From a virus: a stretch of DNA of 64,000 nucleotides. The DNA lies in the IMG/VR virus record IMGVR_UViG_3300028629_000007, one strand, 5' to 3'. Under the pieces are notes generated by a model. The model saw only the letters and a list, made by a program, of their open reading frames with translations, was not told the DNA's origin and searched no databases. This document shows, piece by piece, positions 18,021 through 27,330 of this stretch (within the stretch, counting starts at the first letter, position 1; each line of letters starts with the position of its first letter). Position numbers and translations under genes: made by a program.

Positions 18021-19586
18021 TCACACACCCTGTTCGATGAATCGGATGACATCTTCAATGTTCATAACGCTCGTCGGGCAAACCATGAGAAGTTCCTTCA
18101 TCATGCTATTAGCCAGGATGCGAGCCTTGTCCTCGGGAGACATGACCTTTCCTTCCTTTTTGCCTTTCTTGTCACCCTTCCTCTTGATAGTCTCGTTTTT
18201 GCCATTATCGTGGGCGTCATTTGTGTGCATGGCATCGGAGGTCTTGCCTGACGAAGATCCGGTAATATTCAGCGAGTTGAGAAACTCGGCGTCCTTGTCG
18301 TTGATAAGCATGCCGACAATCGTGTTACCAAAGATATTCTCGTAGTAGCCCTCGAAAGTCATCTTACGCTTCATATCAATGAAACGCTGAACGTCAATCT
18401 GGTCGAAAGTGATACCATCATCAGAAGTGTAGATCGGGCAGCAATCAAGAACCTCACGAATAACCTCAAGGTACTGTGAACCCTTGTTGGTAGCCTGACG
18501 AAGCTCAGCCATGCGGTGAACGCAGTGAAGGACTCGGTTGATGTTCATGTCATAAACATAGACACCCTTGCCGTACCGATCATCGCTCGGCTTACGGGGG
18601 GACTGGCAACGGAAGGCAGTCTGGATCCACTCTGACGGACTCTTGCAGTCGTTCATGAAGACCACAGCATCGCACCACGGAAGTGTAACGCCAGTCTTCA
18701 ACTGGTCAACTACAATGACAATGCTGCCCTTCTCTTCTGTCGGAAGCCAGTCATTATGGACCTTGTTATACAGGGCAGTTACATCGTTCTCCCGTGAAGT
18801 GGTCCAGAACACATTGTATTTCTTACCGACCATCTTCTCCAGCTTAGCACGAAGAGCCTCAACACACTTGGAACTCTCGACCGTGATAAGAACCCCCTTG
18901 CAGTTCTTCCGAATCAAACTGTTTTCATTGCGCTGATAGGCACCAATGCCAAAGATCATCTTCAGACCATGCTCAACTGCCTCGTCATACTCAAAGAACC
19001 CCTTCTCGTTGACGGAGAGAAACTTCTTGAAGGTGAACCCCTCGTCCTTGCTATAAACCGAAGCAAGTTCCTTGATGCTCTCTGCCTTGACAGTCGGGCA
19101 GATAAAGTGAATCTGCTCGAAACGCTGATAGGCATCATGACCGGAATTCTTCATCTGCATTTCATCGACCAGATCCCACATATGGGTGTTCTCAATTTCG
19201 AACCGACCATATGACAGGTTGCGCCCAGGGGTAGCCGACATACCGATCAGATACTTGTAGTCGATCAACTCAAGAAGAGCATCGGTACGCTCGGTTTCGA
19301 CACCAAGGTGAATCTCGTCAATGCCCACAACATCGAACTTGACATTGCGAATAGCATCGAACTTCTGCTTTGACCATACGCCAGCATCTTCATCAGCCTC
19401 TCCCTTGCCATCCTGAAGAGAGACGAGAAAGACATTGACAGTATTCTTGGCAATGTACAGTTCCTCACCCTTACGGACATTGATGATGTTGTAGCCCTGA
19501 TAACCGTCCCACTCCATGAAAGTTTCAACCCACTGTTGGTTGAGAATGGGGTAGGAGGACATAATGAGGACATTCATGGAAGGCAT
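18021..19586 (-). CDS. SF2 helicase/translocase subunit lacking motif I
   Basis: Starts at motif Ia VLIMSSYPILNQQW; DEIH; GMSATP; LKTGVTLP; WIQTAFR. Confidence 0.85.
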   Translation of the reverse strand: MPSMNVLIMSSYPILNQQWVETFMEWDGYQGYNIINVRKGEELYIAKNTVNVFLVSLQDGKGEADEDAGVWSKQKFDAIRNVKFDVVGIDEIHLGVETERTDALLELIDYKYLIGMSATPGRNLSYGRFEIENTHMWDLVDEMQMKNSGHDAYQRFEQIHFICPTVKAESIKELASVYSKDEGFTFKKFLSVNEKGFFEYDEAVEHGLKMIFGIGAYQRNENSLIRKNCKGVLITVESSKCVEALRAKLEKMVGKKYNVFWTTSRENDVTALYNKVHNDWLPTEEKGSIVIVVDQLKTGVTLPWCDAVVFMNDCKSPSEWIQTAFRCQSPRKPSDDRYGKGVYVYDMNINRVLHCVHRMAELRQATNKGSQYLEVIREVLDCCPIYTSDDGITFDQIDVQRFIDMKRKMTFEGYYENIFGNTIVGMLINDKDAEFLNSLNITGSSSGKTSDAMHTNDAHDNGKNETIKRKGDKKGKKEGKVMSPEDKARILANSMMKELLMVCPTSVMNIEDVIRFIEQGV

Positions 19587-19631
19587 GTTTTTTCTTTCCT
19601 TGGTTGATGACATTATTGTAGCCATCATTAC

Positions 19632-19659
19632 GGTATATTCAAGAACGGACACAAGTCAA
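19632..19659 (-). promoter_or_regulatory. Early promoter TTGACT-N16-TATACC inside the helicase split
   Basis: Consensus match followed by an AAGGAAAG RBS. Confidence 0.65.
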
Positions 19660-19673
19660 CAGAGGACGGTGTA

Positions 19674-20483
19674 TCACACGCCCCGTTTAGCGTCCCACAT
19701 GTTACGGATAAGTTCGGCAAACATAATGGTCTTTCCAGCCCTCGGCTTGTCAGCAATGAGGAAGTTCCCACCCTTGGGGTTATTCTTGACAAATTCAAGA
19801 GCCTTGCTAACACAATCCTTTTGATGGGGCATGGGTTCAAGGTGCTTACGGTCCTTTACAGCCTCGTCAATTTCAGAAGTATTCCAGTCATGTGCCTTAC
19901 ACTTGTCAATAATCTTGGACCAGAGGACGGCAAGATCGTTGATATCAACGATCAGACAGCGATCCCCAGGAAACTTCTCACGAATAAGCGACGGAACAGC
20001 ACGGTCTTCAATATCGTTCTTGTCACCCACAACAGCGATGAAAATCTGACGGTAGTTACGGTATTTTTCCAGTAGCCCACCATCTAAGATAACTGACCTC
20101 CAATCAATCTGACCCCACTGGGTCTTACCACCACCATGAAGATGCTTGAGTTTCGAGGTTCCTGCGGCAATCGTTTCATCGTCCATGGCAGTAATGTCGC
20201 AACCACCAGACTTGACGCCGAAGCCAATGTCGGTCATCTTGTAGCACTTCTGACCATTCTCATATAGGCTCAGCTTGCGGGGAATCCCCGGAATCTCAAT
20301 GCGAAAGTATAGAGCCAGTTTGAACACCGTTTCACAAATTCTCCCCTTCAGAACAGACGCCTTCTGAACAGTGGAGTAGTGGCTATCAATGTCCTTGAGA
20401 ACCTTCAAGAAGTTCGGACTGATGCCTTTCAAGTCGATGACATCGTGGGACTTGAGGAACGAAGAAATCTGACTAGCGGACAT
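19674..20483 (-). CDS. PD-(D/E)XK (Mrr-like) nuclease ending in helicase Q motif and Walker A
   Basis: GGCDI..TSKLK; EPMPHQ..IADKPRAGKT. Confidence 0.7.
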   Translation of the reverse strand: MSASQISSFLKSHDVIDLKGISPNFLKVLKDIDSHYSTVQKASVLKGRICETVFKLALYFRIEIPGIPRKLSLYENGQKCYKMTDIGFGVKSGGCDITAMDDETIAAGTSKLKHLHGGGKTQWGQIDWRSVILDGGLLEKYRNYRQIFIAVVGDKNDIEDRAVPSLIREKFPGDRCLIVDINDLAVLWSKIIDKCKAHDWNTSEIDEAVKDRKHLEPMPHQKDCVSKALEFVKNNPKGGNFLIADKPRAGKTIMFAELIRNMWDAKRGV

Positions 20484-20565
20484 GTGTGTTTCCTTGGTTT
20501 ACTCTCATACTATACCCACCACTTCCCCAACTTCAAGCCTTATTCCCAGCCCACTTCCAAGTGTA

Positions 20566-20784
20566 TCACACACCATCCCACTTCTCCATTGCCGTTCTCC
20601 CATAGTTCTTACACGCTCGCTTTAGATTCTTCATACGCAAGCTAAAAAGATTACCTTCTGTTGGGGGCAAAGATGAAATATATATTTTATATCCGCTCAA
20701 CAAACCAATATCCAATAAAAAATTATAGCCATGTCGATCAGGATTTTTACTTATCTTGTATCTCATAAGCGTCTCATTCACCAC
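20566..20784 (-). CDS. Small basic family C protein
   Basis: RYKISK..KNLKRACKNYGRTAMEKWDGV. Confidence 0.75.
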   Translation of the reverse strand: MVNETLMRYKISKNPDRHGYNFLLDIGLLSGYKIYISSLPPTEGNLFSLRMKNLKRACKNYGRTAMEKWDGV

Positions 20785-20962
20785 TCCACTTCTTCATCGC
20801 ATCTCTTCCAGTCATCTTATAGTTTTTGTAAAGCATATTTCTTTTTCTATAAACCGTCATCTCAAAGAAAGGCGGCATATGTATAAAGTATCTTCTCCCA
20901 AGGAAAACAAATACTTCATCAGAAGGAAACACGCCTTTTCGGACCTTCATTCGCCACTCCAC
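20774..20962 (-). CDS. Small basic family C protein
   Basis: KRNMLYKNYK..GRDAMKKWSGE. Confidence 0.75.
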   Translation of the reverse strand: MEWRMKVRKGVFPSDEVFVFLGRRYFIHMPPFFEMTVYRKRNMLYKNYKMTGRDAMKKWSGE

Positions 20963-21174
20963 CCATCCATTGTGTTTCTCCCCTGTTGCTTATAAGCCCC
21001 TCTCAGGGTCTTTCCATGAACTCGAACATAATACAAGTTATCGGGCGACCTTCCAATCATAGTAACTGCAAAAGTCAACTTATAGCTACACAATAAGCCC
21101 ATGTCAAGCTCATAGAAGCAACCCGCTACACTATCAAGATTCTTGGTTATCTTCAAGCCCACTCTTCCCTCCAC
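20947..21174 (-). CDS. Small basic family C protein
   Basis: RGAYKQQGRNTMDGWSGE. Confidence 0.75.
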   Translation of the reverse strand: MEGRVGLKITKNLDSVAGCFYELDMGLLCSYKLTFAVTMIGRSPDNLYYVRVHGKTLRGAYKQQGRNTMDGWSGE

Positions 21175-21350
21175 CGAAGCATAGCGTCACTTCCCCGTTT
21201 CTTGTAATAACGGAGCATATACGATCTATTCCAAAAACCACCGGAAGTGTCGGAAGTGTTGAAGAAAAACAAACCCCGTTCAATAAAGTAAGCGTTTATT
21301 GATCCGCGATTCTTGCTTCCATGTAATATTTTACGATACTTCAAGCCCAT
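21153..21350 (-). CDS. Small basic family C protein
   Basis: MGLKYRK..RYYKKRGSDAMLRWREE. Confidence 0.75.
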   Translation of the reverse strand: MGLKYRKILHGSKNRGSINAYFIERGLFFFNTSDTSGGFWNRSYMLRYYKKRGSDAMLRWREEWA

Positions 21351-21353
21351 GGC

Positions 21354-21755
21354 TCACCACCACAGGTGTCTTGCCCACTTCCCAAACAACTCAAGCGCCT
21401 TATCAGCCTTCGCATGTTTCTTTTTGTCGCTACATCCATAGTAGTCATCGCTCGCCATGAATTCGAAGCCCTCAAGCATCTCCTTCAGAGTAGCGTCCCA
21501 CTTCTTCTCGGTCATTCCAGAATGCCCAGGAAACCCGTTGTTCAACTCAATGAACCTACGGAGTCGTGGAACAATCCACTCGGCAAACCTGAAATCAAGG
21601 TTCCAAGTCTCCATGTCACACCAGCCCTGCTTCTCATACTGCTTGGTGAATCGCTTAGCGCGAGCCAGCAGCTTCTTGGTTGGCTTGGGTCCGACACTCT
21701 CGTTGATATACTTGAGTTGCGGCTCAATCCACTTATAGGATTTGTTTTTAGTCAT
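21354..21755 (-). CDS. Conserved phage hypothetical protein ending LWW
   Basis: ETWNLD..IVPRLRRF..GFP..W...L.EM..GF..LFGKW..LWW. Confidence 0.85.
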   Translation of the reverse strand: MTKNKSYKWIEPQLKYINESVGPKPTKKLLARAKRFTKQYEKQGWCDMETWNLDFRFAEWIVPRLRRFIELNNGFPGHSGMTEKKWDATLKEMLEGFEFMASDDYYGCSDKKKHAKADKALELFGKWARHLWW

Positions 21756-21765
21756 ATATTTCCTT

Positions 21766-21891
21766 TTACTCGTCCTTCTTATCTATCTTTTCTCTAAGCA
21801 TTCTAACAACCATAATCCACAGCATTATAGAGGCGGGAACCAATCCACCAAGAAAAACAGTTATGATCACAGTGCCTAAGAGAATGTCCAT
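21766..21891 (-). CDS. 41-aa membrane peptide
   Basis: Manual translation MDILLGTVIITVFLGGLVPASIMLWIMVVR; fills the gap. Confidence 0.55.
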   Translation of the reverse strand: MDILLGTVIITVFLGGLVPASIMLWIMVVRMLREKIDKKDE

Positions 21892-21892
21892 G

Positions 21893-22120
21893 TTATTTTA
21901 TCCTCGCTTCCTTATCATTATACTCAGCCCCCACCAAAGAAGCAAGTTCTTTTCTCAGGGCAGCCCGATCAGATCGACCATCGTTAGAGGGGCGACGAAG
22001 ATACTCACGAAGCTTCTGCTTGAGTTCCTCGTAGCGAGCATAATCCTCGCTTTCACGCTCGCTCATGTCTGAATGGTCTAAGAAGCTCATGTTCACTTTC
22101 CGTTGTAAATCTTCCAACAC
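21893..22120 (-). CDS. Hypothetical protein
   Basis: ORF track. Confidence 0.6.
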   Translation of the reverse strand: MLEDLQRKVNMSFLDHSDMSERESEDYARYEELKQKLREYLRRPSNDGRSDRAALRKELASLVGAEYNDKEARIK

Positions 22121-22599
22121 TTCGCCATATCCTTACGGCACTTGCACTCGGTAATCATGCCCCACCCAAGATACTTGGTACAACGGGTCTTGTACAGATC
22201 GTTGACATCGTGGCTCTGGAGTCCCTGACCAGTGTGCTGATAGGGGCAGTGAAGCTCTTCGATGGGCTTGGGTTCAGCGCCATTCAGCCAATCTTCATAA
22301 TCAACCCCGAAGCGGCTGAAGTGGATGGTGTTGCCTTCACTAGTAGTGACATCTTCAGCAGCAATACCATATCCACTTGCAGTCTCAAAGACTCGCTTGA
22401 CGCCTTCACGCTTCTTGCGCTTCACAAACTTCTTGAAGGTCTGCTTGACGCTGACCTTTCCAGTCCCTTTGCAGTGGGTACAGACAACAGCAGCGCCCTT
22501 CCTTTCAGCCATACCGCAGTAAAGACCAGTTCCCCTACAGGAGTCGCATTCGACCTCGCCAGTGATAGTGTAAGTGGTGTTGGTTTCGGTGAGTTTCAT
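22093..22599 (-). CDS. DnaJ-type zinc-finger protein
   Basis: CDSCRGTG..CTHCKGTG. Confidence 0.75.
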   Translation of the reverse strand: MKLTETNTTYTITGEVECDSCRGTGLYCGMAERKGAAVVCTHCKGTGKVSVKQTFKKFVKRKKREGVKRVFETASGYGIAAEDVTTSEGNTIHFSRFGVDYEDWLNGAEPKPIEELHCPYQHTGQGLQSHDVNDLYKTRCTKYLGWGMITECKCRKDMAKCWKIYNGK

Positions 22600-22623
22600 A
22601 TTGTTTCCTTGATTTTCTATGAA

Positions 22624-22923
22624 TCAGAGTTTGTAGTGAACGACCATGTAACGCTTGCGGTTGTAGGAGAACTCAATAGCCTCCTGCTCAATGTCGTTTC
22701 CAAGAAGCAGAGAAACCTTCTTCGGGTATAACTCCACCTTTCGAAGAACATCGGTGTACCAGCGATAGCGACTGGTGTTGAAGTGCTTGTAAAGCTGCCA
22801 TGTAGGACGCTTGCCCTTGGGCTTGACTTGAACAAAAACCTCAAAACCATAGTAAGTGGTTTTAAGAATGTCTGGTGTCTTTTTCTTCATGGTTATATCA
22901 TATACTTCGATAACGAAAGTCAA
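22624..22923 (-). CDS. Hypothetical protein
   Basis: ORF track. Confidence 0.6.
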   Translation of the reverse strand: MTFVIEVYDITMKKKTPDILKTTYYGFEVFVQVKPKGKRPTWQLYKHFNTSRYRWYTDVLRKVELYPKKVSLLLGNDIEQEAIEFSYNRKRYMVVHYKL

Positions 22924-23105
22924 GCCCCATCTTCATCGGGAACTTCTTCGACTATATAACAACCTCGGAAGCTCTCAATCTCTATAAAAATGTTATTCAC
23001 AATCATGCGTCTTTTTGTTTCGTCAGACTCCACCCATATGTCACGAAGCTTCTTCATGGCACGGGAATCATTCAAGTGCGTTCCTGGGTGGAGAGGTATT
23101 CGCAT
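22920..23105 (-). CDS. Hypothetical protein
   Basis: ORF track. Confidence 0.55.
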   Translation of the reverse strand: MRIPLHPGTHLNDSRAMKKLRDIWVESDETKRRMIVNNIFIEIESFRGCYIVEEVPDEDGA

Positions 23106-23122
23106 TTACATATCTTTTTTAA

Positions 23123-23353
23123 TTATCTTTTCATACTATCAGAAACAATCTTCAAGCCATTAATAAGATTGTCAACGCAAGCAGGATCGAACGACATGCG
23201 CTTTAGCTGCTCGTACTGATTGCTGCTGTTGAAAGTTTTCTCGAAGTAACGGATTTCGACGTTGCCAAGCCCGTCCATATCCTCACCAATCCCGAAGTAA
23301 TAATCGTCTTTTGATACAACACGAACGATGGTTTTTGAAACGAAGTCTGACAT
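23123..23353 (-). CDS. Hypothetical protein
   Basis: ORF track. Confidence 0.65.
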   Translation of the reverse strand: MSDFVSKTIVRVVSKDDYYFGIGEDMDGLGNVEIRYFEKTFNSSNQYEQLKRMSFDPACVDNLINGLKIVSDSMKR

Positions 23354-23355
23354 GA

Positions 23356-23559
23356 TTATGCTCCACAGCCACGCTTGATGGCATCAATGATGAACCTACG
23401 GAATGAAATACCTTCACGCTTAGCGAGGTACGCCAGTCGGCAGCGGAACATGGCTCCACGCTTGCCGACGAAGACGATGTTGCAACCCCGAATTCTGAGA
23501 AGGTTGCGGGTTGGACCGAAGGCGTCGATCCATTCCTTGGTCAGTGATAGTTTATTCAT
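23356..23559 (-). CDS. Hypothetical protein, possibly ribbon-helix-helix-like at the C-terminus
   Basis: LAYLAKREGISFRRFIIDAI. Confidence 0.55.
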   Translation of the reverse strand: MNKLSLTKEWIDAFGPTRNLLRIRGCNIVFVGKRGAMFRCRLAYLAKREGISFRRFIIDAIKRGCGA

Positions 23560-23560
23560 G

Positions 23561-23791
23561 TTAGAAGTCCTTTCCCGTCCATACCTTAAGCATCTTCTTC
23601 TGCCAGTCGTTCAGTTCGTCAATAGACTCCGGTAAGAAAGCATTAAGATGCTGTTGAACTTCAAGCCAACGCATATCCAAAGCCTCTGGTGGAGTATATG
23701 GAATATTTTCAAGAACATGTGAGAGTCTTTGCCTAAGTTCCTCTGGAACAAAGGGAAGCATATCGGCAATAACTTCATCAAGGTTTCGCAT
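23561..23791 (-). CDS. Hypothetical protein
   Basis: ORF track. Confidence 0.65.
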   Translation of the reverse strand: MRNLDEVIADMLPFVPEELRQRLSHVLENIPYTPPEALDMRWLEVQQHLNAFLPESIDELNDWQKKMLKVWTGKDF

Positions 23792-23792
23792 G

Positions 23793-24149
23793 TCAAAATC
23801 CTTTCGGTGGATTAGCTGGTGTTAGAACAACATTACCCCAATCAAGCACATAGTCAATAGTGTGCCAATCTGGGTTTCCAACAAATATGAGATAGACTCC
23901 GGGTGTGGTCCATATCCCATCACGAAACCCTGAACAGGGGCGGGAATATGCCTCTCCCACAACAACGATTTCAACAGGACGGTGAAGTATAATGTCTTTA
24001 CCCGTCTTGTCAAAGGCATTGTTCGCAAGCCAGTAGTAGCCACTGGTAATGTCCTTGATGTTTTCTTTTGTAAATTTGACGATTTTAGACACGCTTGGCT
24101 TCCTCCCAGTAAACAGCCGGATCCTTCCTAAAACCATCCTTTTCGGCAA
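23793..24149 (-). CDS. Hypothetical protein
   Basis: ORF track. Confidence 0.6.
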   Translation of the reverse strand: MPKRMVLGRIRLFTGRKPSVSKIVKFTKENIKDITSGYYWLANNAFDKTGKDIILHRPVEIVVVGEAYSRPCSGFRDGIWTTPGVYLIFVGNPDWHTIDYVLDWGNVVLTPANPPKGF

Positions 24150-24336
24150 TGAAATATGCCTTTAAGCGTAGATGCTCTTCAACCAGCTTCTCGTGATGCA
24201 GGGTACGCTCGTGCTTCCAGTTGGGATTATCAATTACCCTCTTGACACCATCGACTCCATGGCAGATATGCTCAACATGCATATCACAACGATTCTTGCC
24301 AGTAATGAATCTCCAAAGCTTGTTTATAAAGCTCAT
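24085..24336 (-). CDS. Hypothetical protein, C-terminus DUF2934-like
   Basis: RLKAYFIAEKDG..PAVYWEEA; promoter at 24360-24386. Confidence 0.65.
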   Translation of the reverse strand: MSFINKLWRFITGKNRCDMHVEHICHGVDGVKRVIDNPNWKHERTLHHEKLVEEHLRLKAYFIAEKDGFRKDPAVYWEEAKRV

Positions 24337-24382
24337 ACATCTTCCTTTCTGCTGCTCCTATTATGAGCAACGGGAAGATAAG

Positions 24383-25084
24383 TCAAGCCATAAGTTTGGT
24401 CAACATAGCGGCTCGTATGGACTCCTTGACGCCAGCCAGCTTATTCTTTTCTTTTTCGCGCCTGTTCTGTAAGTCCTGTAAAGCCAATGCTTCAAATTCG
24501 TCCTCCCACAATATATCAAATATTTCTCGTAGTCTATCATTGATATAGTCATAAAGAGTCACACCATCTGTCTTAACATAATCTTTCTTTATGTGGGAAA
24601 TAATCTTGTCCTTTACTATAAATTGATGCCTCGTATCAATTCTTCCGTTCAGTGCCTTTTTAAGCTTCTCATAATCACTGACAGGGTATTCTTTAAAGGT
24701 CAACCACAAGTCGTCCTTTAGAGCCAGTACATCATCTTCATCGTGAGGAAGATTGAGCGACTTCATACCACGCTCTTGGTTCAGCTTCTTCACGATGTCA
24801 ACAAGTATTTTATCTATTTCAATCAACTCGGTTTCTTTTCCTATTGACACTATTGGTTTTATTATATCTATTACTTTACTGAGATAATCAACAGGAATTT
24901 CGGTGGCTTTATAATGCTGTATCACTCTCTCAAGTTCAGTAAGAACATGCTTTATCAACTCAACTTTGTTATAATCTTTTATTCTTGTAGTGTTCGCCAT
25001 GCGCTGGCGATTCTGTTGTAAAAACAAATCTATCGGTCCAGCAATCTCTTCGAGGAAGTCTTGTTTTAGTTGTTCTGGGTCCAT
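24383..25084 (-). CDS. Hypothetical late protein
   Basis: GATAAATA at 25103-25110; RBS hairpin 25081-25101. Confidence 0.8.
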   Translation of the reverse strand: MDPEQLKQDFLEEIAGPIDLFLQQNRQRMANTTRIKDYNKVELIKHVLTELERVIQHYKATEIPVDYLSKVIDIIKPIVSIGKETELIEIDKILVDIVKKLNQERGMKSLNLPHDEDDVLALKDDLWLTFKEYPVSDYEKLKKALNGRIDTRHQFIVKDKIISHIKKDYVKTDGVTLYDYINDRLREIFDILWEDEFEALALQDLQNRREKEKNKLAGVKESIRAAMLTKLMA

Positions 25085-25108
25085 AGGTTATATTCCTATG
25101 GTTATTTA

Positions 25109-25321
25109 TCAATACTCCAAGTCTACAACGAACTCTTCATTACATGCTGGACATATTACCCTGACGTCACGAGTCTTATGGGTATTATACTCACATGGTT
25201 CAAACTCGGCATCACACCAGAAATCCGGAGTGTCAAGCAAATTTACAAATTCCTTGCAATGTGGGCAATCGCAGTCAAGCGATAGACTCCATTGGGCGGT
25301 TGTCTTAGGTGGGGTGTCCAT
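25109..25321 (-). CDS. Small zinc-ribbon protein
   Basis: CPHC..CPAC. Confidence 0.75.
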   Translation of the reverse strand: MDTPPKTTAQWSLSLDCDCPHCKEFVNLLDTPDFWCDAEFEPCEYNTHKTRDVRVICPACNEEFVVDLEY

Positions 25322-25515
25322 TACTTCACCAACCTGAAGTAGTCGCAGAACTCACGCTTGAATACCTTCAGAAGATGCTCATAGTCGCCTTCCATCATTT
25401 CATTTTGGATAGGCTCCCAGTCTCTTCCTAGTTGCTTACAGAGGCTACGACCGTAGCCCATGAGAACGAAGGCATTGCCTTCAGGTCCGGATAGGTTGAT
25501 TACTTTCTTAGCCAT
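25321..25515 (-). CDS. Conserved phage hypothetical protein
   Basis: INLSGPEGNAF.LMG..GDYEHLL.VF. Confidence 0.8.
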   Translation of the reverse strand: MAKKVINLSGPEGNAFVLMGYGRSLCKQLGRDWEPIQNEMMEGDYEHLLKVFKREFCDYFRLVK

Positions 25516-25527
25516 GATATGGTTCCT

Positions 25528-25755
25528 TTACTTTTGTTCCACAATGGGGGTTCCGTCGATCTTTACCCAAACCTTGGTAACATAACGATTGTATGTGCTA
25601 TTGGGGTCGCCAATAACAACAACTTTCTCGACATATCCTGCTTTAGCCATTTCAACATCCTTGTCGGTGGCATTGCTGACAGTATGAACGCAGAAACAAA
25701 ATGCACTGGCTGCTATAGCGATAACCAGCAACCAGAAAATTCCTTGGAAAGTCAT
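25528..25755 (-). CDS. Membrane-anchored hypothetical protein
   Basis: N-terminal TM helix. Confidence 0.65.
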   Translation of the reverse strand: MTFQGIFWLLVIAIAASAFCFCVHTVSNATDKDVEMAKAGYVEKVVVIGDPNSTYNRYVTKVWVKIDGTPIVEQK

Positions 25756-25997
25756 ACTTCGCCCTCCGTCATTTCAATAAAGGTTTCAATGTGATAACCG
25801 ACATGCATCTTATTGTCATCTTGGTTGAAGATGACGCAATGCCCAGGCTGATTAGGAATCTCGCCCATGTAGAGCAAGAAGTCGGCTCGACCAAGATGCT
25901 TCTTGTAGTGGTTCATGTGTTCATCGCTGAGTGACGGGTCGATCTTGACCCATGACAGATAGCGAGGATCCTTCGGTTCCTTCGACTTCTTTTTCAT
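25752..25997 (-). CDS. Hypothetical protein
   Basis: YMGEIPNQPGHCV..GYH. Confidence 0.7.
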   Translation of the reverse strand: MKKKSKEPKDPRYLSWVKIDPSLSDEHMNHYKKHLGRADFLLYMGEIPNQPGHCVIFNQDDNKMHVGYHIETFIEMTEGEV

Positions 25998-26191
25998 TTA
26001 GAACTCCATGTGTGTTTGTCGTTGATAGCAACTATCAGTTTCTTTCCCATCTTCGCATTGTAGATACTTACCTGCCCACAGAGAAACCTCAAGTCGAAAT
26101 ACCAGATTCCGATTGTGGTGTCATTCTCACGGCGTACAGACGGAAGCCAGTAAATCTTATTCAGCCCCGTGAAGTTGAAGAGGATAACCAT
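25994..26191 (-). CDS. Hypothetical protein
   Basis: ORF track. Confidence 0.5.
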   Translation of the reverse strand: MVILFNFTGLNKIYWLPSVRRENDTTIGIWYFDLRFLCGQVSIYNAKMGKKLIVAINDKHTWSSK

Positions 26192-26391
26192 TATTCACTT
26201 TCCGATGCAAATATACCAAGAAGAAAGTAGAAGAGTAAGAAAGTCCCACCAGTTGACAAAAAGAGGAAAATTGCAATCATTCTGATAAGAAATACATCAA
26301 CGCCAGTCTTATTGGCAATGGTGGCACAAACTCCCATGAACGATCCGGTTGCCTTTTCAGTCATTTTCAACTCCTTTGATCCATGTCTCAA
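26191..26391 (-). CDS. PspC-domain membrane protein
   Basis: FMGVCATIANKTGVDVFLIRMI..GGTFLLFY. Confidence 0.75.
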   Translation of the reverse strand: MRHGSKELKMTEKATGSFMGVCATIANKTGVDVFLIRMIAIFLFLSTGGTFLLFYFLLGIFASESE

Positions 26392-26704
26392 GATTCTTCT
26401 TCATGCGCTTCATGCTCTTCTTATCCGATGCGTCCCAATCATCACTGGCGATTGCCTCCTTGAGCATCTTGATAGTCTCATGCGTGACATTGTAGAAGTA
26501 GTTGCGGTAATCCTTATCAATCTTCCCGAAGATCGTCTTGTCCTCCATGACGAGAGCCACATTGAGAAAGCCTGGAGTGTTATACTCGTTATCCGTGTGC
26601 TTCAACTCCTTCTTCAGCGTATTTGCCATATTGGACAGAAGCTCTGAGCGGAAGTCAGCAGCGTTGTCAGAATCGCACCAGTGACTAAGACCCATGTATC
26701 CCAT
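26357..26704 (-). CDS. Hypothetical protein
   Basis: ORF track. Confidence 0.65.
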   Translation of the reverse strand: MGYMGLSHWCDSDNAADFRSELLSNMANTLKKELKHTDNEYNTPGFLNVALVMEDKTIFGKIDKDYRNYFYNVTHETIKMLKEAIASDDWDASDKKSMKRMKKNLETWIKGVEND

Positions 26705-26707
26705 GAT

Positions 26708-26992
26708 TTACTCCTTTTTCTCGTTTATACGATAATACCACCAAACAGACAAAATGCAAGTGGCAATAACGCCGATGACAGCAGGCACGGCAATCCACGT
26801 AGATACCCAAACCCCATTCATAATGGCAACAAACGCTTCCTTACCAATATAATCACGGACTAAGCTCTGAGAGCATGCGAATGCAGAAACACCAAGCCAA
26901 AATCCAAGATTGAAGTCCTTGTTACGGCGATTTACCTTATCGTAGATTGCACCTATGACAAACAGAATGACAAGAAGATAAAAAGCAAACAT
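26708..26992 (-). CDS. Three-TM membrane protein
   Basis: Hydrophobic segments. Confidence 0.7.
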   Translation of the reverse strand: MFAFYLLVILFVIGAIYDKVNRRNKDFNLGFWLGVSAFACSQSLVRDYIGKEAFVAIMNGVWVSTWIAVPAVIGVIATCILSVWWYYRINEKKE

Positions 26993-26994
26993 AT

Positions 26995-27330
26995 TTACTC
27001 CTTAAATCCAAATGTATATTCAGTGCAGACAGGACCGCAGCACATACCATGCTCAACGATGCTGTCAAGTTCAATGTCGAACTTCTTGCAGAAGTTCTTG
27101 AGCTTGCGTTCGGTGATGGTATCACATAGGTCATTGCCAATGCTCTTGTCAAGTGCCTTGTCCATCTCGTCGGTGAAGTTGAAGCGATTGACCATACCAT
27201 CAGTTACGACGAATGCAACATGCTTGCAATGGGTGTCGGGGTCGGTTCCAATCTTTTGATCGCAGAAAGGACAGACGATATGCTCGAAATCGTCTTCGGG
27301 GATGCTGGAGTTTCCGTGATGGGCGCACAT
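26995..27330 (-). CDS. Cys/His-rich hypothetical protein
   Basis: CPFC..CKH; promoter upstream. Confidence 0.7.
   Translation of the reverse strand: MCAHHGNSSIPEDDFEHIVCPFCDQKIGTDPDTHCKHVAFVVTDGMVNRFNFTDEMDKALDKSIGNDLCDTITERKLKNFCKKFDIELDSIVEHGMCCGPVCTEYTFGFKE

Noticed and set aside
19587-19676. TGA recoding or readthrough joining nuclease and helicase ORFs
   Set aside because: TGA ends many genes here; the spacer translates to non-helicase sequence and contains its own promoter and RBS
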